A stretch of DNA of 64,000 nt from Nitrospirota bacterium (lineage in GTDB: Bacteria > Nitrospirota > UBA9217). A program made the translations under genes and the position numbers. Position 1 is the stretch's first letter. Every line of letters starts with the position of its first letter. This document shows positions 21,108-31,450 of the stretch, piece after piece. A model generated the notes under the pieces. That model searched no databases. It was given only the letters and a program-made list of their open reading frames with translations, and was not told the DNA's origin. The stretch lies in contig CAVTRN010000002.1 of the NCBI GenBank assembly GCA_963737155.1, positions 928,001 through 992,000 on the forward strand, written 5' to 3'.

Positions 21108-21334
21108 ATATGCGTAAATGGAAAAATAATGCCACTCAATTCCCCCGGTTTGGTATGTGGCATTGATTTCGTTGTGGTAGGCTAGGCAATGTGTTTTGAG
21201 GAGGAATAGATAGCGATAGGAATTGAATGAAAGCGGTTATGAAGTATGCGTGCTTATCAGGCATAATAAAATTGTTACAGCCTGATAACGGTAGAAAATC
21301 CTGCAATGAAATAAAAAATTAAAGGAGATTTGAA

Positions 21335-24300
21335 ATGTATATTAAGAAAAACTTAATGTTATGGCTTGCAGTTCTTGCCGTGGCATTGCCGCTCATCCTT
21401 ACCGGCACAGCCAGCGCAAAGTATCTGTCCGATGGCGCTGTCCCGAATGGACAGGGCGAATGGGCTGCACCCATCGACGGTATCTGCGCGCTAAGCCTGA
21501 GCCCCACAGGCACCTATGCGGTTGATACTACGGTTCCCACTGTTAGAGATTGTCAAGCTCGGCTTATTGTTACGACTCCCACGACTTCTGCTCCAACGAA
21601 GCAGGTATGTGGAAATTCAGCTGGTAATACTGCTGGCTTATTGTATGCAGCGCCCGGCAGCAGCACCTGTGTGACCGTGAACATGCCATACAGTGCCTCA
21701 ACCCCAAGCTCCGGGCTCATAACAGGGACCATATCTATGAAAAATCTGGATAGGTCTGCCCAAATGTGTAATGGTAATGGCGGCTTCCTGGCCAGCGATG
21801 CGACTAATGTCAATCAGGCTGAGATTATGGCGACGGGCGGGAATGCGTGCGTTGCTTACGGATGGCAAAATGCAGGCCAGAATCCCGCGACGGGTGCGCC
21901 TTTGACCTTCGGAGCAAATGGCGTGACCGGCGGCATTTCTAATACGAATACTGCTGGCTTCTGTTATTTTACGGGAGATTTGTCGACCGCTTATAGCGTG
22001 GCAACTTGCCCAACGTCGACCTCGAATGCGACTGTCTCCTTAGGCTATTCAATTAGCGGTGGTAAGTGCGTATATAGCTACGTTATTACGGGCTATCCTT
22101 CCGCTGCCCTTACGAATCCTACTGTGAGCACGGGAGGCGCTCTTCAAGTTGTAACTGCCGCCGATACGTTCGTCGATTTGAGCGGCATTACTACCCAAGG
22201 TGCTTGCGTTGTGGCCGGTGGTACATGGAACAACTGGGGTGTCAACGTTGTGGCTGGGTCAACATCAACAGCATCAGTAGCGACTACAGCAAACGCCTCT
22301 ACCATCGTGAAGTTCAATACCGCTTTGCAGGCTATTGGTAGTACTGATGGTTGTCTTCATTGCCACAGCAGCCTGGTACAGGACAATTCATTGGTAGACA
22401 GATGGTCGAAAGACACCTATCTCAAGACCGGCCACAAGAACATGCTGCGCAAAGTTGGAGCTGCCAGCACGAAATGGACGAATTGGGCTGGTCCGGATGG
22501 CGTGATATATACGACTGACGGAGCCCTTACCACTTCAGATACTATCAGCTGGCCAGCTGATTCAGCTTACATATATTCGAAGGGCGTGAATACAACTCTT
22601 ACCTATATTGTCGGCGACTGGATGACAGTCTATCCGACTCTGGAATATCCTGGCTCAGCTTATTCTTGTGCAGCATGCCATACAACTGGCTACAATGATT
22701 CCGTTAACCCCGGCACACAATCACTGGGGACTCCCGGTTACAATGGTGCGCAGCCTGCAGCAGCAGGCACGAATTATGCCGCCTCTGTAAGCGGTGGCGA
22801 TCAGTGGGATCTTGAGGGCATTCAGTGCGGACGGTGCCATAATGCGGCAGCCCCGGCAGAAGCCCAGGCAAACATTACCGGCGGATGTACTGGTACCTAC
22901 ACAACCCAATCAACATGTAATGCAGGCGGCTACGCATGGGTTGCGTCTGAGTCAAGTTTCTCAACAACCGTTCCCGTGACCACCGGTATGGGCAACTTGG
23001 CTGCTGGAACCGGCAGGGTCAATCTCTGCTTCGGCTGTCATCAGTCCATCGCGAAGCTCTGGCCGGCTGAGGGTGGAACTTCAGCGGGTACTACGCAATA
23101 TGATCCAACGCTGATTCCCGCGAGCATCACTGCAACCAAATCTGATTTCAGCGGCCATGTACTTGGCAACTCGTTCCTGAATAGCGTCCATGCGCGTTAT
23201 TCCGGAGTCAACAGCGCCACCGCCCCTGGTGGTATCCAAAACAACTCACTGGGTAAATTCGACTTGGTCGATCCCAACGGCACCGTGGAATACAATAGCC
23301 AGTTCCAGGGCTATCTCTGCGGAAGTCCGGGCGCGACCTTCCCGAGCCAACCGAGCATTGACACGACCAATCCCGATGGCTCGAAAATCACGACAAAGAC
23401 ACAGTGCGATGCTCTGTATGCATGCAGCTTAAGCACTAACACTACGGTTAAATATCCAACGCAGACTGCTTGTACCAGTGCTGGCGGTAAATGGGCTTCC
23501 ACTTGGCAAAGTGACGGCCAAGGCACCTGCACCACCTGCCATGACGTACATAACAGCCTGTTCGTTCCTTCCGAGTCGCAAGCTTCAATCAGAAAGAGCT
23601 GCGAAGATTGCCACGTGAACAACGTTGCATCAGTAACTGGGCCCGTGACAAACGCAACCTCTACGTTTGCTCCGCAAGTAGAGAATTTCAACCATCCGCA
23701 AGTTGGCGGAACGCCGTTCGATACAAGCCTCTACAGCAGCTCATGCGAAGTTTGCCACATGGCGCTTGTAGCGGTTGGCTCTTCAGGCGATGCCAGCTAT
23801 CCCCCGTATCTGACCGGGCAATTCCAACAACTGAGCTTCGCAATGCACGTCTGGAGAATCAACACCAGCCCGAATTACAGCACCTTCCCGACGTATAGCG
23901 TGTTCAGCGGCTCCAACGGCTTGACTAAGGATGATAATGCCCAGACGTCTCCGGAGTCGTATATGACCGCGAACGGCACCACAGCCATAGATAACAAGGC
24001 AGTTTGGGTAGACGTCGATCTCGCCTGCGGCCAGTGCCATGGTGGTTCGAATGGTACAACCTACACGCAGAATGGCGCGCCTTACAAGACGAAGGCCGTC
24101 CTCGCTGCTCAGGCAGTAAATATGCACATGCTGGCTTCAACCCAGCCGGTAGCGTCTACTAGCACGGTAACGACGAGCGGCTACACAGTGTCCTTCAACG
24201 ATACATCAGCCAGTGCCATTGGTGGCTCGATTACCGTAAACTGGGGTGATGGTAATGTCACTGACGGTATGGCAGGTGGGTCCTTCACCCATACGTACGT

Positions 24301-24610
24301 CAGGGCGAAGGACTACAATATCCTGGACATCGTAACCAGCACAACTGGCCTTAGCGATACCCTGACCATTCCGGTCCAGGTACCTGCAAGGGTCTCCATA
24401 ACGTTATCGAGTGTAATCGGTAACGGTACTCAGGTTTCCTTGAAGAGGAACGGCCACACGGTACAGTACATCAGGTCAGCCACCGCCGGTAACCGCTTCA
24501 CCATCATACCGGGTGTCTACTCGATGACTACCTATACAAGGCTCTCTTCAGGCCCAACCACGAGCACATTTGGTCCTTACGACGTTACGAGCAGCGTGAC
24601 GCTGCCGTAA
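21335..24610 (+). CDS. Large secreted octaheme cytochrome c with Cys-rich repeats and a C-terminal PKD-like domain
   Basis: Signal peptide, 8 CxxCH, 16 additional Cys, and VNWGDG..FTHTY PKD motif; Thr/Ser/Gly-rich. Confidence 0.88.
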   Translation: MYIKKNLMLWLAVLAVALPLILTGTASAKYLSDGAVPNGQGEWAAPIDGICALSLSPTGTYAVDTTVPTVRDCQARLIVTTPTTSAPTKQVCGNSAGNTAGLLYAAPGSSTCVTVNMPYSASTPSSGLITGTISMKNLDRSAQMCNGNGGFLASDATNVNQAEIMATGGNACVAYGWQNAGQNPATGAPLTFGANGVTGGISNTNTAGFCYFTGDLSTAYSVATCPTSTSNATVSLGYSISGGKCVYSYVITGYPSAALTNPTVSTGGALQVVTAADTFVDLSGITTQGACVVAGGTWNNWGVNVVAGSTSTASVATTANASTIVKFNTALQAIGSTDGCLHCHSSLVQDNSLVDRWSKDTYLKTGHKNMLRKVGAASTKWTNWAGPDGVIYTTDGALTTSDTISWPADSAYIYSKGVNTTLTYIVGDWMTVYPTLEYPGSAYSCAACHTTGYNDSVNPGTQSLGTPGYNGAQPAAAGTNYAASVSGGDQWDLEGIQCGRCHNAAAPAEAQANITGGCTGTYTTQSTCNAGGYAWVASESSFSTTVPVTTGMGNLAAGTGRVNLCFGCHQSIAKLWPAEGGTSAGTTQYDPTLIPASITATKSDFSGHVLGNSFLNSVHARYSGVNSATAPGGIQNNSLGKFDLVDPNGTVEYNSQFQGYLCGSPGATFPSQPSIDTTNPDGSKITTKTQCDALYACSLSTNTTVKYPTQTACTSAGGKWASTWQSDGQGTCTTCHDVHNSLFVPSESQASIRKSCEDCHVNNVASVTGPVTNATSTFAPQVENFNHPQVGGTPFDTSLYSSSCEVCHMALVAVGSSGDASYPPYLTGQFQQLSFAMHVWRINTSPNYSTFPTYSVFSGSNGLTKDDNAQTSPESYMTANGTTAIDNKAVWVDVDLACGQCHGGSNGTTYTQNGAPYKTKAVLAAQAVNMHMLASTQPVASTSTVTTSGYTVSFNDTSASAIGGSITVNWGDGNVTDGMAGGSFTHTYVRAKDYNILDIVTSTTGLSDTLTIPVQVPARVSITLSSVIGNGTQVSLKRNGHTVQYIRSATAGNRFTIIPGVYSMTTYTRLSSGPTTSTFGPYDVTSSVTLP

Positions 24611-24644
24611 GTAAGAAGAGTACCATAATTATCATCGCATCAAA

Positions 24645-24683
24645 GCAGGCAGGCGGGATTCTACCGCCTGCCTGTTGTTTTTT
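24645..24683 (+). terminator. Intrinsic terminator
   Basis: GCAGGCAGGCGG...CCGCCTGCCTGT followed by a T tract. Confidence 0.8.
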
Positions 24684-25027
24684 GATAGATTCTGTAGTAT
24701 TATGATGATCGCCTGAGCAGACTCTTGAAAAAGTACTTAACCGGCAATAATTTTATACGCTATATGGTACGCCAACTTCCTGCTGATTGGCCCGTTGCGT
24801 TGGCCGTGCCGCAGAGCGCGTTGTGAATCGTTTTATTATCAATAGCCTGTTTAAGCTGATGGCATGCAGAATGTCTTTCGTATAACGAATTGCGTTTTCT
24901 GATCACAACTCCGGTCTTCAGTGACAGCCCTGGATTCTGGAGGATCGGGTCAGTAACAAAGTAAACATATTTTACGAAGTCATAAATTATAATTTCAATT
25001 CCGGCTTGTCCGGGTTAGGAGTAACAA

Positions 25028-25783
25028 ATGCGAAGACAATTGATGACAGCGGTTGTTCTGGCCCTTTTACTTGTGCAGTTTATGCTTGCCGGATGCAAGA
25101 AAACGGAAACGGCGGTCACGACCGCTTCCCTCACAGAACAGGAAGCCGCGCGCCATCAAGATGAGATGATCAAACAGAGCCTGGAAGATTCGAAAAAAAT
25201 GGTTGCCGCAAAGGTCAATGGTGAGCCTATTACTATGTTCTTCGTGTTGCGGGAAATGAATGCAATTGTCCCCCAGTACCTTAAGCAGGGCCAGCAGCGG
25301 ACGCCGGAGATTGACAAAAAAGTCAGGGCCGACGCGTTGAACGACCTGATATTCGAGACCTTGGCGGTGCAGGAAGCGAGAAAGCGTGGCATGACGGTAA
25401 AGCCGGAGGCAATCGATGCCGAGATCAGGAATGATGGTTCGGACCAGTCTTTAAAAAAGTATCTGGCCGACTCTGGCCTTGCAGACGCCGACTTCCGGAA
25501 AGGCATCGAGCAAGACTTGCTGTTTGAAATGATTGCGGGCCAGGAGATCGACGCGAAGATCAAGGTTACCGAGGCGGCCCTGCGGGAACGCTATCGGAAG
25601 GAAAAAGCCCAATGGAAGACAGCCGACGCTGCACACAAACAGATGACCTTTGAGCAGGCCCGTGCCCTGATCGAGCAGAAAGTCAGGGAGGAAGAGGGCG
25701 AGAAGCGTATGCGGCAGTGGGAGATGGACCTTCGGAAAAACGCTACCATTGAAATCGCTGATACAAAGCAGAAACACGGGTAA
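25028..25783 (+). CDS. SurA/PrsA N-domain chaperone-like lipoprotein (paralog of 13412-14221)
   Basis: Lipobox LAGC; AAKVNG, LAVQEARKRG, LRKNATIEI. Confidence 0.82.
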   Translation: MRRQLMTAVVLALLLVQFMLAGCKKTETAVTTASLTEQEAARHQDEMIKQSLEDSKKMVAAKVNGEPITMFFVLREMNAIVPQYLKQGQQRTPEIDKKVRADALNDLIFETLAVQEARKRGMTVKPEAIDAEIRNDGSDQSLKKYLADSGLADADFRKGIEQDLLFEMIAGQEIDAKIKVTEAALRERYRKEKAQWKTADAAHKQMTFEQARALIEQKVREEEGEKRMRQWEMDLRKNATIEIADTKQKHG

Positions 25784-26250
25784 TTCAATCGTACTTGAGG
25801 GCGCTTACAAGCCTGGAAAATAGCAGGGAGCGAGCAGTATCCTGACGTCGCATAATCGTCGGTATTACCGGCCAGCAATGCATCTGTGACGAAAAGTTCA
25901 CAAACAACGCGAAAGAGAAGATAGATTCGCGAGAAACCTTTGAGTTTTCAACGTACACTCGAATACCATTTGTGAGATGATCCGTCTGCCGATTTTAGTA
26001 AATAGATCTTAACAAAGACCTTCGCTTTCTGTCCCCTTCGGCCGGTAAAATAGGGAAGACAATAATCTAAAACTTTATGTTAACTGCCTCTTGACCTTCG
26101 GGCCGTTGGGGGGAGAAGAAGTATGGCCTGCCGCCTTCTTCAAAAAACGTTCATTGATCAGCTTTACTTGCTAGGCGATATGACGGATTTTTCCACGCTT
26201 CATTTGGTCCAAATGCAGGGCTTTCGCATTTGAGCGCAGGCGGAGTACGG

Positions 26251-26892
26251 CTAAAACTCGATCAGCAGGCCCGCCCGGTAGAATGTGCCTCCGAGGTTTT
26301 CCGACACGGAGCTTACAATGGCCCGGGTGTGTTCGGCCTCGACAAAGATTGAGGTATGGAGCACGCCGTAATTGAAATACATCATGCTTGCAGCGCTCTC
26401 GTCCAGGTTGTCCAGGGAAAGCTGCAGGCCGCCCCGGATATTATATCCATCTCCGTGACCGCGTGTGGTTGGCTGGCCCTCGGTCGTCTCGATGTAGTAA
26501 CTTCTGGTAAACCCCCCGCCGAGATAAGGCACTACCCACTGGTTTTCCACCACGACGGCGCGGGCTATGACGAACAAATCGACCGGGATGAGCTCATAGG
26601 TCGCGCTTCCGGTTAAATTTCCGTGAAATTCCTCATAACCCTCTCCCGTCACCTTCATGTGGTCCAAACCGACACCGGCCTCGAGCTGCGGCAGAATCTT
26701 GTACGCCAGTGAAGCCCCATACTCCGGCAGGCGGCTTCTGCCGAAGTAATGCGACAGGTTCTTGAGCGCGGGCTCGAATGATCCGCCCTCGAATTCAAGT
26801 GACCAGTGCGACTGCTCCAGCAGCGGTTCCGCGGCCGGCGTAACTGATGGAAGTATTGTCAGGATCAAGAGGATGATAATTATTTTCACCAA
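26251..26892 (-). CDS. Small outer-membrane beta-barrel (MXAN_2562-like)
   Basis: Signal peptide, VVPYLGGG strands, LD..AA..M...YGV.HT.IF.E motif, C-terminal F. Confidence 0.65.
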   Translation of the reverse strand: MVKIIIILLILTILPSVTPAAEPLLEQSHWSLEFEGGSFEPALKNLSHYFGRSRLPEYGASLAYKILPQLEAGVGLDHMKVTGEGYEEFHGNLTGSATYELIPVDLFVIARAVVVENQWVVPYLGGGFTRSYYIETTEGQPTTRGHGDGYNIRGGLQLSLDNLDESAASMMYFNYGVLHTSIFVEAEHTRAIVSSVSENLGGTFYRAGLLIEF

Positions 26893-26994
26893 TGCACGCT
26901 CCTACCGTACCGGTCTTGTATTCAGCGTCCCCCGGGAGTACTGCTGTCTTTCGGGCCCCAATTCTTCATTTTAATCCCACGCACTTCTCATTTT

Positions 26995-28761
26995 TCAGGA
27001 GCTGGAACTCTTTCTCCGTTTTCTCACGATCCAGAAGAGGATGGTGCTTCCCATAACCAGCGTTACTATGGCCTCTTTGAGCGCTGCCGAAGTTCTCACC
27101 GTGAAGGCGGCTCCGGCCACGACAGGCATCAGCAAGGCTCGCACAGCGGGCTTGAATGCCGGATGAGCGTTTAGGTAAGTCGCGGCATAAGGCCCGTAAT
27201 GATAATACCATGCGACCAGCAGTCTGCCAGGTACTGAAGTCAGGAGATAGCGGTCACGGAAAGAGCGCAGGATCAGAACTTCTGGCGCCGTGTACGATCC
27301 GTATGCGGCCGTTGCGATAAAACAGCTGCCGCTCGTATTCGGCAGGCCCGGATAGGAAAGGGCCTTGTCGGGATAATTGATTTCAATGTTCGACTCACCG
27401 CTTTCAAGCGGCTGGCCGAGCGTGGCGGACACTTCAGGGGAATACGCGCTTACATGCGTGGGATCAAAAGTGCTGTCATAGACCTGAACAACCATATAAT
27501 AAGTTGCTTTGGCATAAGCCGTCACCGCGATGCGGTAGGGCTGGCCGTTCGTAAGGCCGGTAAGCGTGTAGGTCGTGGCATTGCCGACATCGATGGTGTT
27601 CTCTCCGGGTGATGTTATCCCATAATGGACCTTGTATCCCAACGCGCCCGTGGACGCCGACCACGTCAAAAGAAGCGCCGAGTTTAGTGGTGTTGGTTGA
27701 TTAAGGACTGGACTTGGCGGGACCAGGGACGCGGGGTTCAAGTCCTCCAGCGTATAGGTACTGTAAGGCCCTGCGTCAATGGGGGACGGAGCCGTTCCGC
27801 TATTCGCATCCGTGCCGTTATAGTTGCCCGAGGAGTAGCCGTAGTAAACATAATAGCCGCCCGATGATATGTCGTTCGTCACAAGATAGCTGAGGTTCGG
27901 ATCCCAAGTGAGGGTGATCGAGGAGGCCGTGATTGATGTGACGGACAGTCCCATGACGGGAAAGGGATAGATGTCCTCAGCGGGCCCGCCATATGCGCCG
28001 ATATCATCCGGCGCTCCGTCGATGAGGTTGGCCCCGAGCGCTGGATCGCCTGCGTTGATACAGGGAGACCCTTCCTCGACGTGAAAGTCAAAATCGGGTG
28101 GATTCGCGAAGAGTGGATCCCCCATGACTGGGAATGTGCCTGTGGGGCCGTTGATGGAATTTTCGTAGAAGAGGTTGTAGGTGATTAGCGTTGCATTCGC
28201 AGGGATGCCGGCAAGCGCAGTCCCGTTGTTCGCGAAGATGTTACTGTCGATTGTAATGTTCGCATCGGCGCTTACGGCCGTCCCGTTGTTGTAAAAGGTA
28301 TTGTTAACCACCTTGGTGGTGGGAGATTGCTGGATCTGGATTGCCGTTCCGCTGGTCCCGACTGCAAACACGTTATTCATTATTTCGAGGGTGGAGGAGT
28401 TGCTGGAAACGAGGATTCCGGTTGTGGCATTGATGAAGGTGAAGTTGCTGATCGACGTCTCGACCGAACCACTGGCTGTGACGATGGGGCCGGAGCCATT
28501 GTTCATGCTCAGAAAGGTCCGGGCGGTTTCCTGGCCATGGACGGTAACGTCATTCGTAAGTGTTATGGCTCCCACATAAGTCCCCGGCAAAACCAGGATA
28601 TCATCGCCGGGGCTTGCTGCTGTTATTGCCGCCTGGATCGTCGGGTAATCAGTCGGGACGGTGATCTCGGCCGCTCCGGCGCCGAAGGGCGAGACCAGAA
28701 GGAAAAAAGTAAAAACAGCCGATGCCAGCGTGATTATATGATTGAGACGGGATTGTTGCAT
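26995..28761 (-). CDS. Secreted beta-helix plus FN3 protein with a CFI-box-CTERM tail
   Basis: VPTDYPTIQAAI, NNTFYNN repeats, SPCINAGDP, FN3 segments, and C-terminal CFIATAAYGS..LRSFRD..YY followed by a TM helix and basic tail. Confidence 0.85.
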   Translation of the reverse strand: MQQSRLNHIITLASAVFTFFLLVSPFGAGAAEITVPTDYPTIQAAITAASPGDDILVLPGTYVGAITLTNDVTVHGQETARTFLSMNNGSGPIVTASGSVETSISNFTFINATTGILVSSNSSTLEIMNNVFAVGTSGTAIQIQQSPTTKVVNNTFYNNGTAVSADANITIDSNIFANNGTALAGIPANATLITYNLFYENSINGPTGTFPVMGDPLFANPPDFDFHVEEGSPCINAGDPALGANLIDGAPDDIGAYGGPAEDIYPFPVMGLSVTSITASSITLTWDPNLSYLVTNDISSGGYYVYYGYSSGNYNGTDANSGTAPSPIDAGPYSTYTLEDLNPASLVPPSPVLNQPTPLNSALLLTWSASTGALGYKVHYGITSPGENTIDVGNATTYTLTGLTNGQPYRIAVTAYAKATYYMVVQVYDSTFDPTHVSAYSPEVSATLGQPLESGESNIEINYPDKALSYPGLPNTSGSCFIATAAYGSYTAPEVLILRSFRDRYLLTSVPGRLLVAWYYHYGPYAATYLNAHPAFKPAVRALLMPVVAGAAFTVRTSAALKEAIVTLVMGSTILFWIVRKRRKSSSS

Positions 28762-28934
28762 TGATTGTCCTCTTTTACATAATTTACCGACTAATCCGGT
28801 CAAATTTCAATTCACACGTTCCTGCTGTCTGTTTGGCCTGTCACGCTTGTGCAGGGAACGACTGCTTATGCGGGGAGCGCCGGACGCCTGCCTGCGCGCG
28901 AGAGATATGGCTGTACTGGCCTGTCTTATCCGGC

Positions 28935-29354
28935 TCAGCGGATAATCGATATCCCCGGCAATGTCTTGTGACAACTGTAGCAGAAAGTTTTTCCATTGGA
29001 CCTTCTGAGATAATAAAGTTTTTCACCATTCTCAGCCCGATACTCTCCATGAAAGGCATGACAGGTGATGCATACGATTCTGCCCTGATCGTCCAGAGGC
29101 ATGTCAGAAGGGATGATCATGGAGGGTGCCACGTTCACCGGATGCGAAAACACTTTTGCGGTCCCGTGACTCCCCTGGTGGCATGCTACGCATGAGTTAT
29201 TCACCTCGCTTCGAAGGTCCGGTTTGCCCTTGAACGGGAGGTGCCTGTGGCATTCGATACAGGGCGTATTCAACAAATCGTTGTGCGCGTCGTTCTGGTT
29301 GTTCTGTGAAGAGGCGGTGAGTACGGCGGCCAATATGATGGCGGAGATGATCAT
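28935..29354 (-). CDS. Small tetraheme cytochrome c
   Basis: Signal peptide and 4 CxxCH. Confidence 0.88.
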   Translation of the reverse strand: MIISAIILAAVLTASSQNNQNDAHNDLLNTPCIECHRHLPFKGKPDLRSEVNNSCVACHQGSHGTAKVFSHPVNVAPSMIIPSDMPLDDQGRIVCITCHAFHGEYRAENGEKLYYLRRSNGKTFCYSCHKTLPGISIIR

Positions 29355-29932
29355 AATTTAAAAGCCTGGATCTGGTCTTCCATGGATTTGATTATCCGTC
29401 TCATGTTTTGGCGTGCGGCCGAAGATTCTGGGGTGGCTGGCGGGTTTCTCAATGGTTCGGTAGCCTTGACCAGCTCCTCGGCGTGGTCTTTTAAACCCTT
29501 GAACCGGCTGTTGAATTCCTCGGCCATTATGTTGATATTTCCTGCAAACTCCCGGAACTCATCGTTTTCCCTCAGAATGACGCGGGAACCAAGATCGCCG
29601 TCTGCGATCTTATGAAGGTCCACGCTAATATGATGGAGCGACCCTTCTATTTTCCGGTACATGGCCTGGAACACCAAAAGGAACAGAAGACTGACGGTAA
29701 TCGCTGCGACAATGCAGGCGACAAATGCCACCGGGGAAAGCAGCGCGCCGACGTCTGTGTGGGGCAGACTCATGGAAAAAAGAATGCTGTTGATCTTTTT
29801 CTTGGCCAGATAAATGAACAGGGTGACTGCGATGACATTTGCGAGTAATGATGCAACGAAAAAGGGGATAATATATCTTGTCTGAAAGCTCTTCAGGACG
29901 AAATAGTTTCTTCTTCGGAATTTTTCCCCCAC
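29351..29932 (-). CDS. 2-TM plus HAMP membrane protein with no output domain
   Basis: RRRNYF N-terminus, two TMs, HAMP (IADGDL...RENDEF...NIM), short coiled coil. Confidence 0.8.
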   Translation of the reverse strand: MGEKFRRRNYFVLKSFQTRYIIPFFVASLLANVIAVTLFIYLAKKKINSILFSMSLPHTDVGALLSPVAFVACIVAAITVSLLFLLVFQAMYRKIEGSLHHISVDLHKIADGDLGSRVILRENDEFREFAGNINIMAEEFNSRFKGLKDHAEELVKATEPLRNPPATPESSAARQNMRRIIKSMEDQIQAFKL

Positions 29933-30000
29933 AGATACCCCCCTTTTGCGGCGAAACCGGCACCGTAAATATAATCGTTACAGACAGCTCAAATCACCCA

Positions 30001-30828
30001 TCACACAATATGGCATGCGAAGCACAGCTTGCTGTTCTCATCGCTCATAACCAGCTGTTGGGGAATCGTCGAGTAAGGGTCGTGACAGGACCCGCAGCCG
30101 ATTTTGCCGTTGAAGAACTTTATCCTTGGGTCAACGATGTCCATGGGCCTCAGATCCGTTTTAGCTCCCCTATTGATTCGTACTGATTCATAGTCTATAC
30201 CGATCGGATGACTGTTCTGGTCATGCCGCATAAATCCCATTTGATGTTTCCACGTACCAACCCGGATTGTTACCGAAGTGGCGTATGTCCCGTCATGGCA
30301 TGATATGCAATTTCTGGACATGGCGTCAATTTCCTGGCTTGAATCGGTCACGACATATTGAGACCGGAAATGCGCCTCACCCAGCGATGCGCTGTGTCCA
30401 CTGCTCAACGCGTTTAAATTCCCGTGGCAGATCTTGCAGAACGCCTCCCCGCTTTCCCCTCGTCTGAGGAAGTGAGTAGGGGCTCCATACGGAGTGGTAT
30501 AATCGGCATGGACGTCATGGCAGGTGCTGCACGTTAATTCACCGGACGGGGAGAGCGGCATGTCTGCCGGGATGAAGACGCGCTGAGGCTTGACATCGTA
30601 GGGATGCATGTAGCCCTCGGACAGCCCCTTCTCGTGGCACTTGTTGCAGATTTCGGTTATCGGCGCGTTCATCTCCCGAGCTTCCGCCCCTGATTTTGCG
30701 GGGTTCGGCTGGATATGACACGATGAGCATTGTGTAAAGGCGTGAGGCTGGTTTTCGTTGCTGATGACAAGCAGGGTCAGGAGAAGGAAACCAATAAAAA
30801 TAAGGGCAATCACGCTTTTTTTCCTCAT
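30001..30828 (-). CDS. Heptaheme cytochrome c with an OmcE-like C-terminal half
   Basis: 7 CxxCH; CISCHDG..SHPIG.DY..CGSCHDP..SKLCFACH. Confidence 0.88.
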   Translation of the reverse strand: MRKKSVIALIFIGFLLLTLLVISNENQPHAFTQCSSCHIQPNPAKSGAEAREMNAPITEICNKCHEKGLSEGYMHPYDVKPQRVFIPADMPLSPSGELTCSTCHDVHADYTTPYGAPTHFLRRGESGEAFCKICHGNLNALSSGHSASLGEAHFRSQYVVTDSSQEIDAMSRNCISCHDGTYATSVTIRVGTWKHQMGFMRHDQNSHPIGIDYESVRINRGAKTDLRPMDIVDPRIKFFNGKIGCGSCHDPYSTIPQQLVMSDENSKLCFACHIV

Positions 30829-31385
30829 ATCTTGATCTGATTGAGCAATGCCCTGATCTCATCTATTCTTTTAAAAATTTTCCCTGTCGCTGCTTTATTT
30901 TCGCTCAGGGGGGGCTGCTTTTCCAGATCGTCCAAAATGGCCGCAAGCTCCCGGGTTTTCGTTTCCAGCTGCACGAGTACGCCGCGATAGCGGCCTGAAA
31001 GATTGTTGAACTCGTCCGCAAGATCATGAAGAACATCATGGGTCCTGAGACGGACTGTGCCGGCGAGGTCCCCTTCAGCAATTTTTTTGGTAATCAAGCC
31101 CAGCTTGTAAATTGGGCCGGCCACGCGGTGGGAGTATATGACCGATATGATGATCGCCCCAACGGCGCTTACCAGCAGGGTGAAGGCAAATACCATGAGG
31201 ACCCGCGTTACGAGTCCCTCGTTCAATTCGGCCAGGAGTTTATAGCTTTCTGCGTAGGTCGTCCCGCCATGCTTCTGGAATGCAAGATAGAATCCGCATG
31301 CAATCAAGATCGCTACGCCGGCAAGGAGGACCAAGATGGTACGAACTACGTTTTTCACATACGATTCAGGCAGCGCACGTTGCAT
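30825..31385 (-). CDS. 2-TM plus HAMP membrane protein with no output domain
   Basis: Two TMs, then SHRVAGPIY..IAEGDL...LR..D.L..LA..FN. Confidence 0.8.
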   Translation of the reverse strand: MQRALPESYVKNVVRTILVLLAGVAILIACGFYLAFQKHGGTTYAESYKLLAELNEGLVTRVLMVFAFTLLVSAVGAIIISVIYSHRVAGPIYKLGLITKKIAEGDLAGTVRLRTHDVLHDLADEFNNLSGRYRGVLVQLETKTRELAAILDDLEKQPPLSENKAATGKIFKRIDEIRALLNQIKI

Positions 31386-31450
31386 TTGTTAAGTAACCCT
31401 CATTGTTATGTTGCGTCCGTTGAACGACAGGTTATTCCGCGCTACAGCGG

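Noticed and set aside
21335-24610. Calling the octaheme OmcZ or hydroxylamine oxidoreductase
   Set aside because: Only the heme count matches. Size, heme spacing and accessory domains differ, and no subtilase gene is adjacent.
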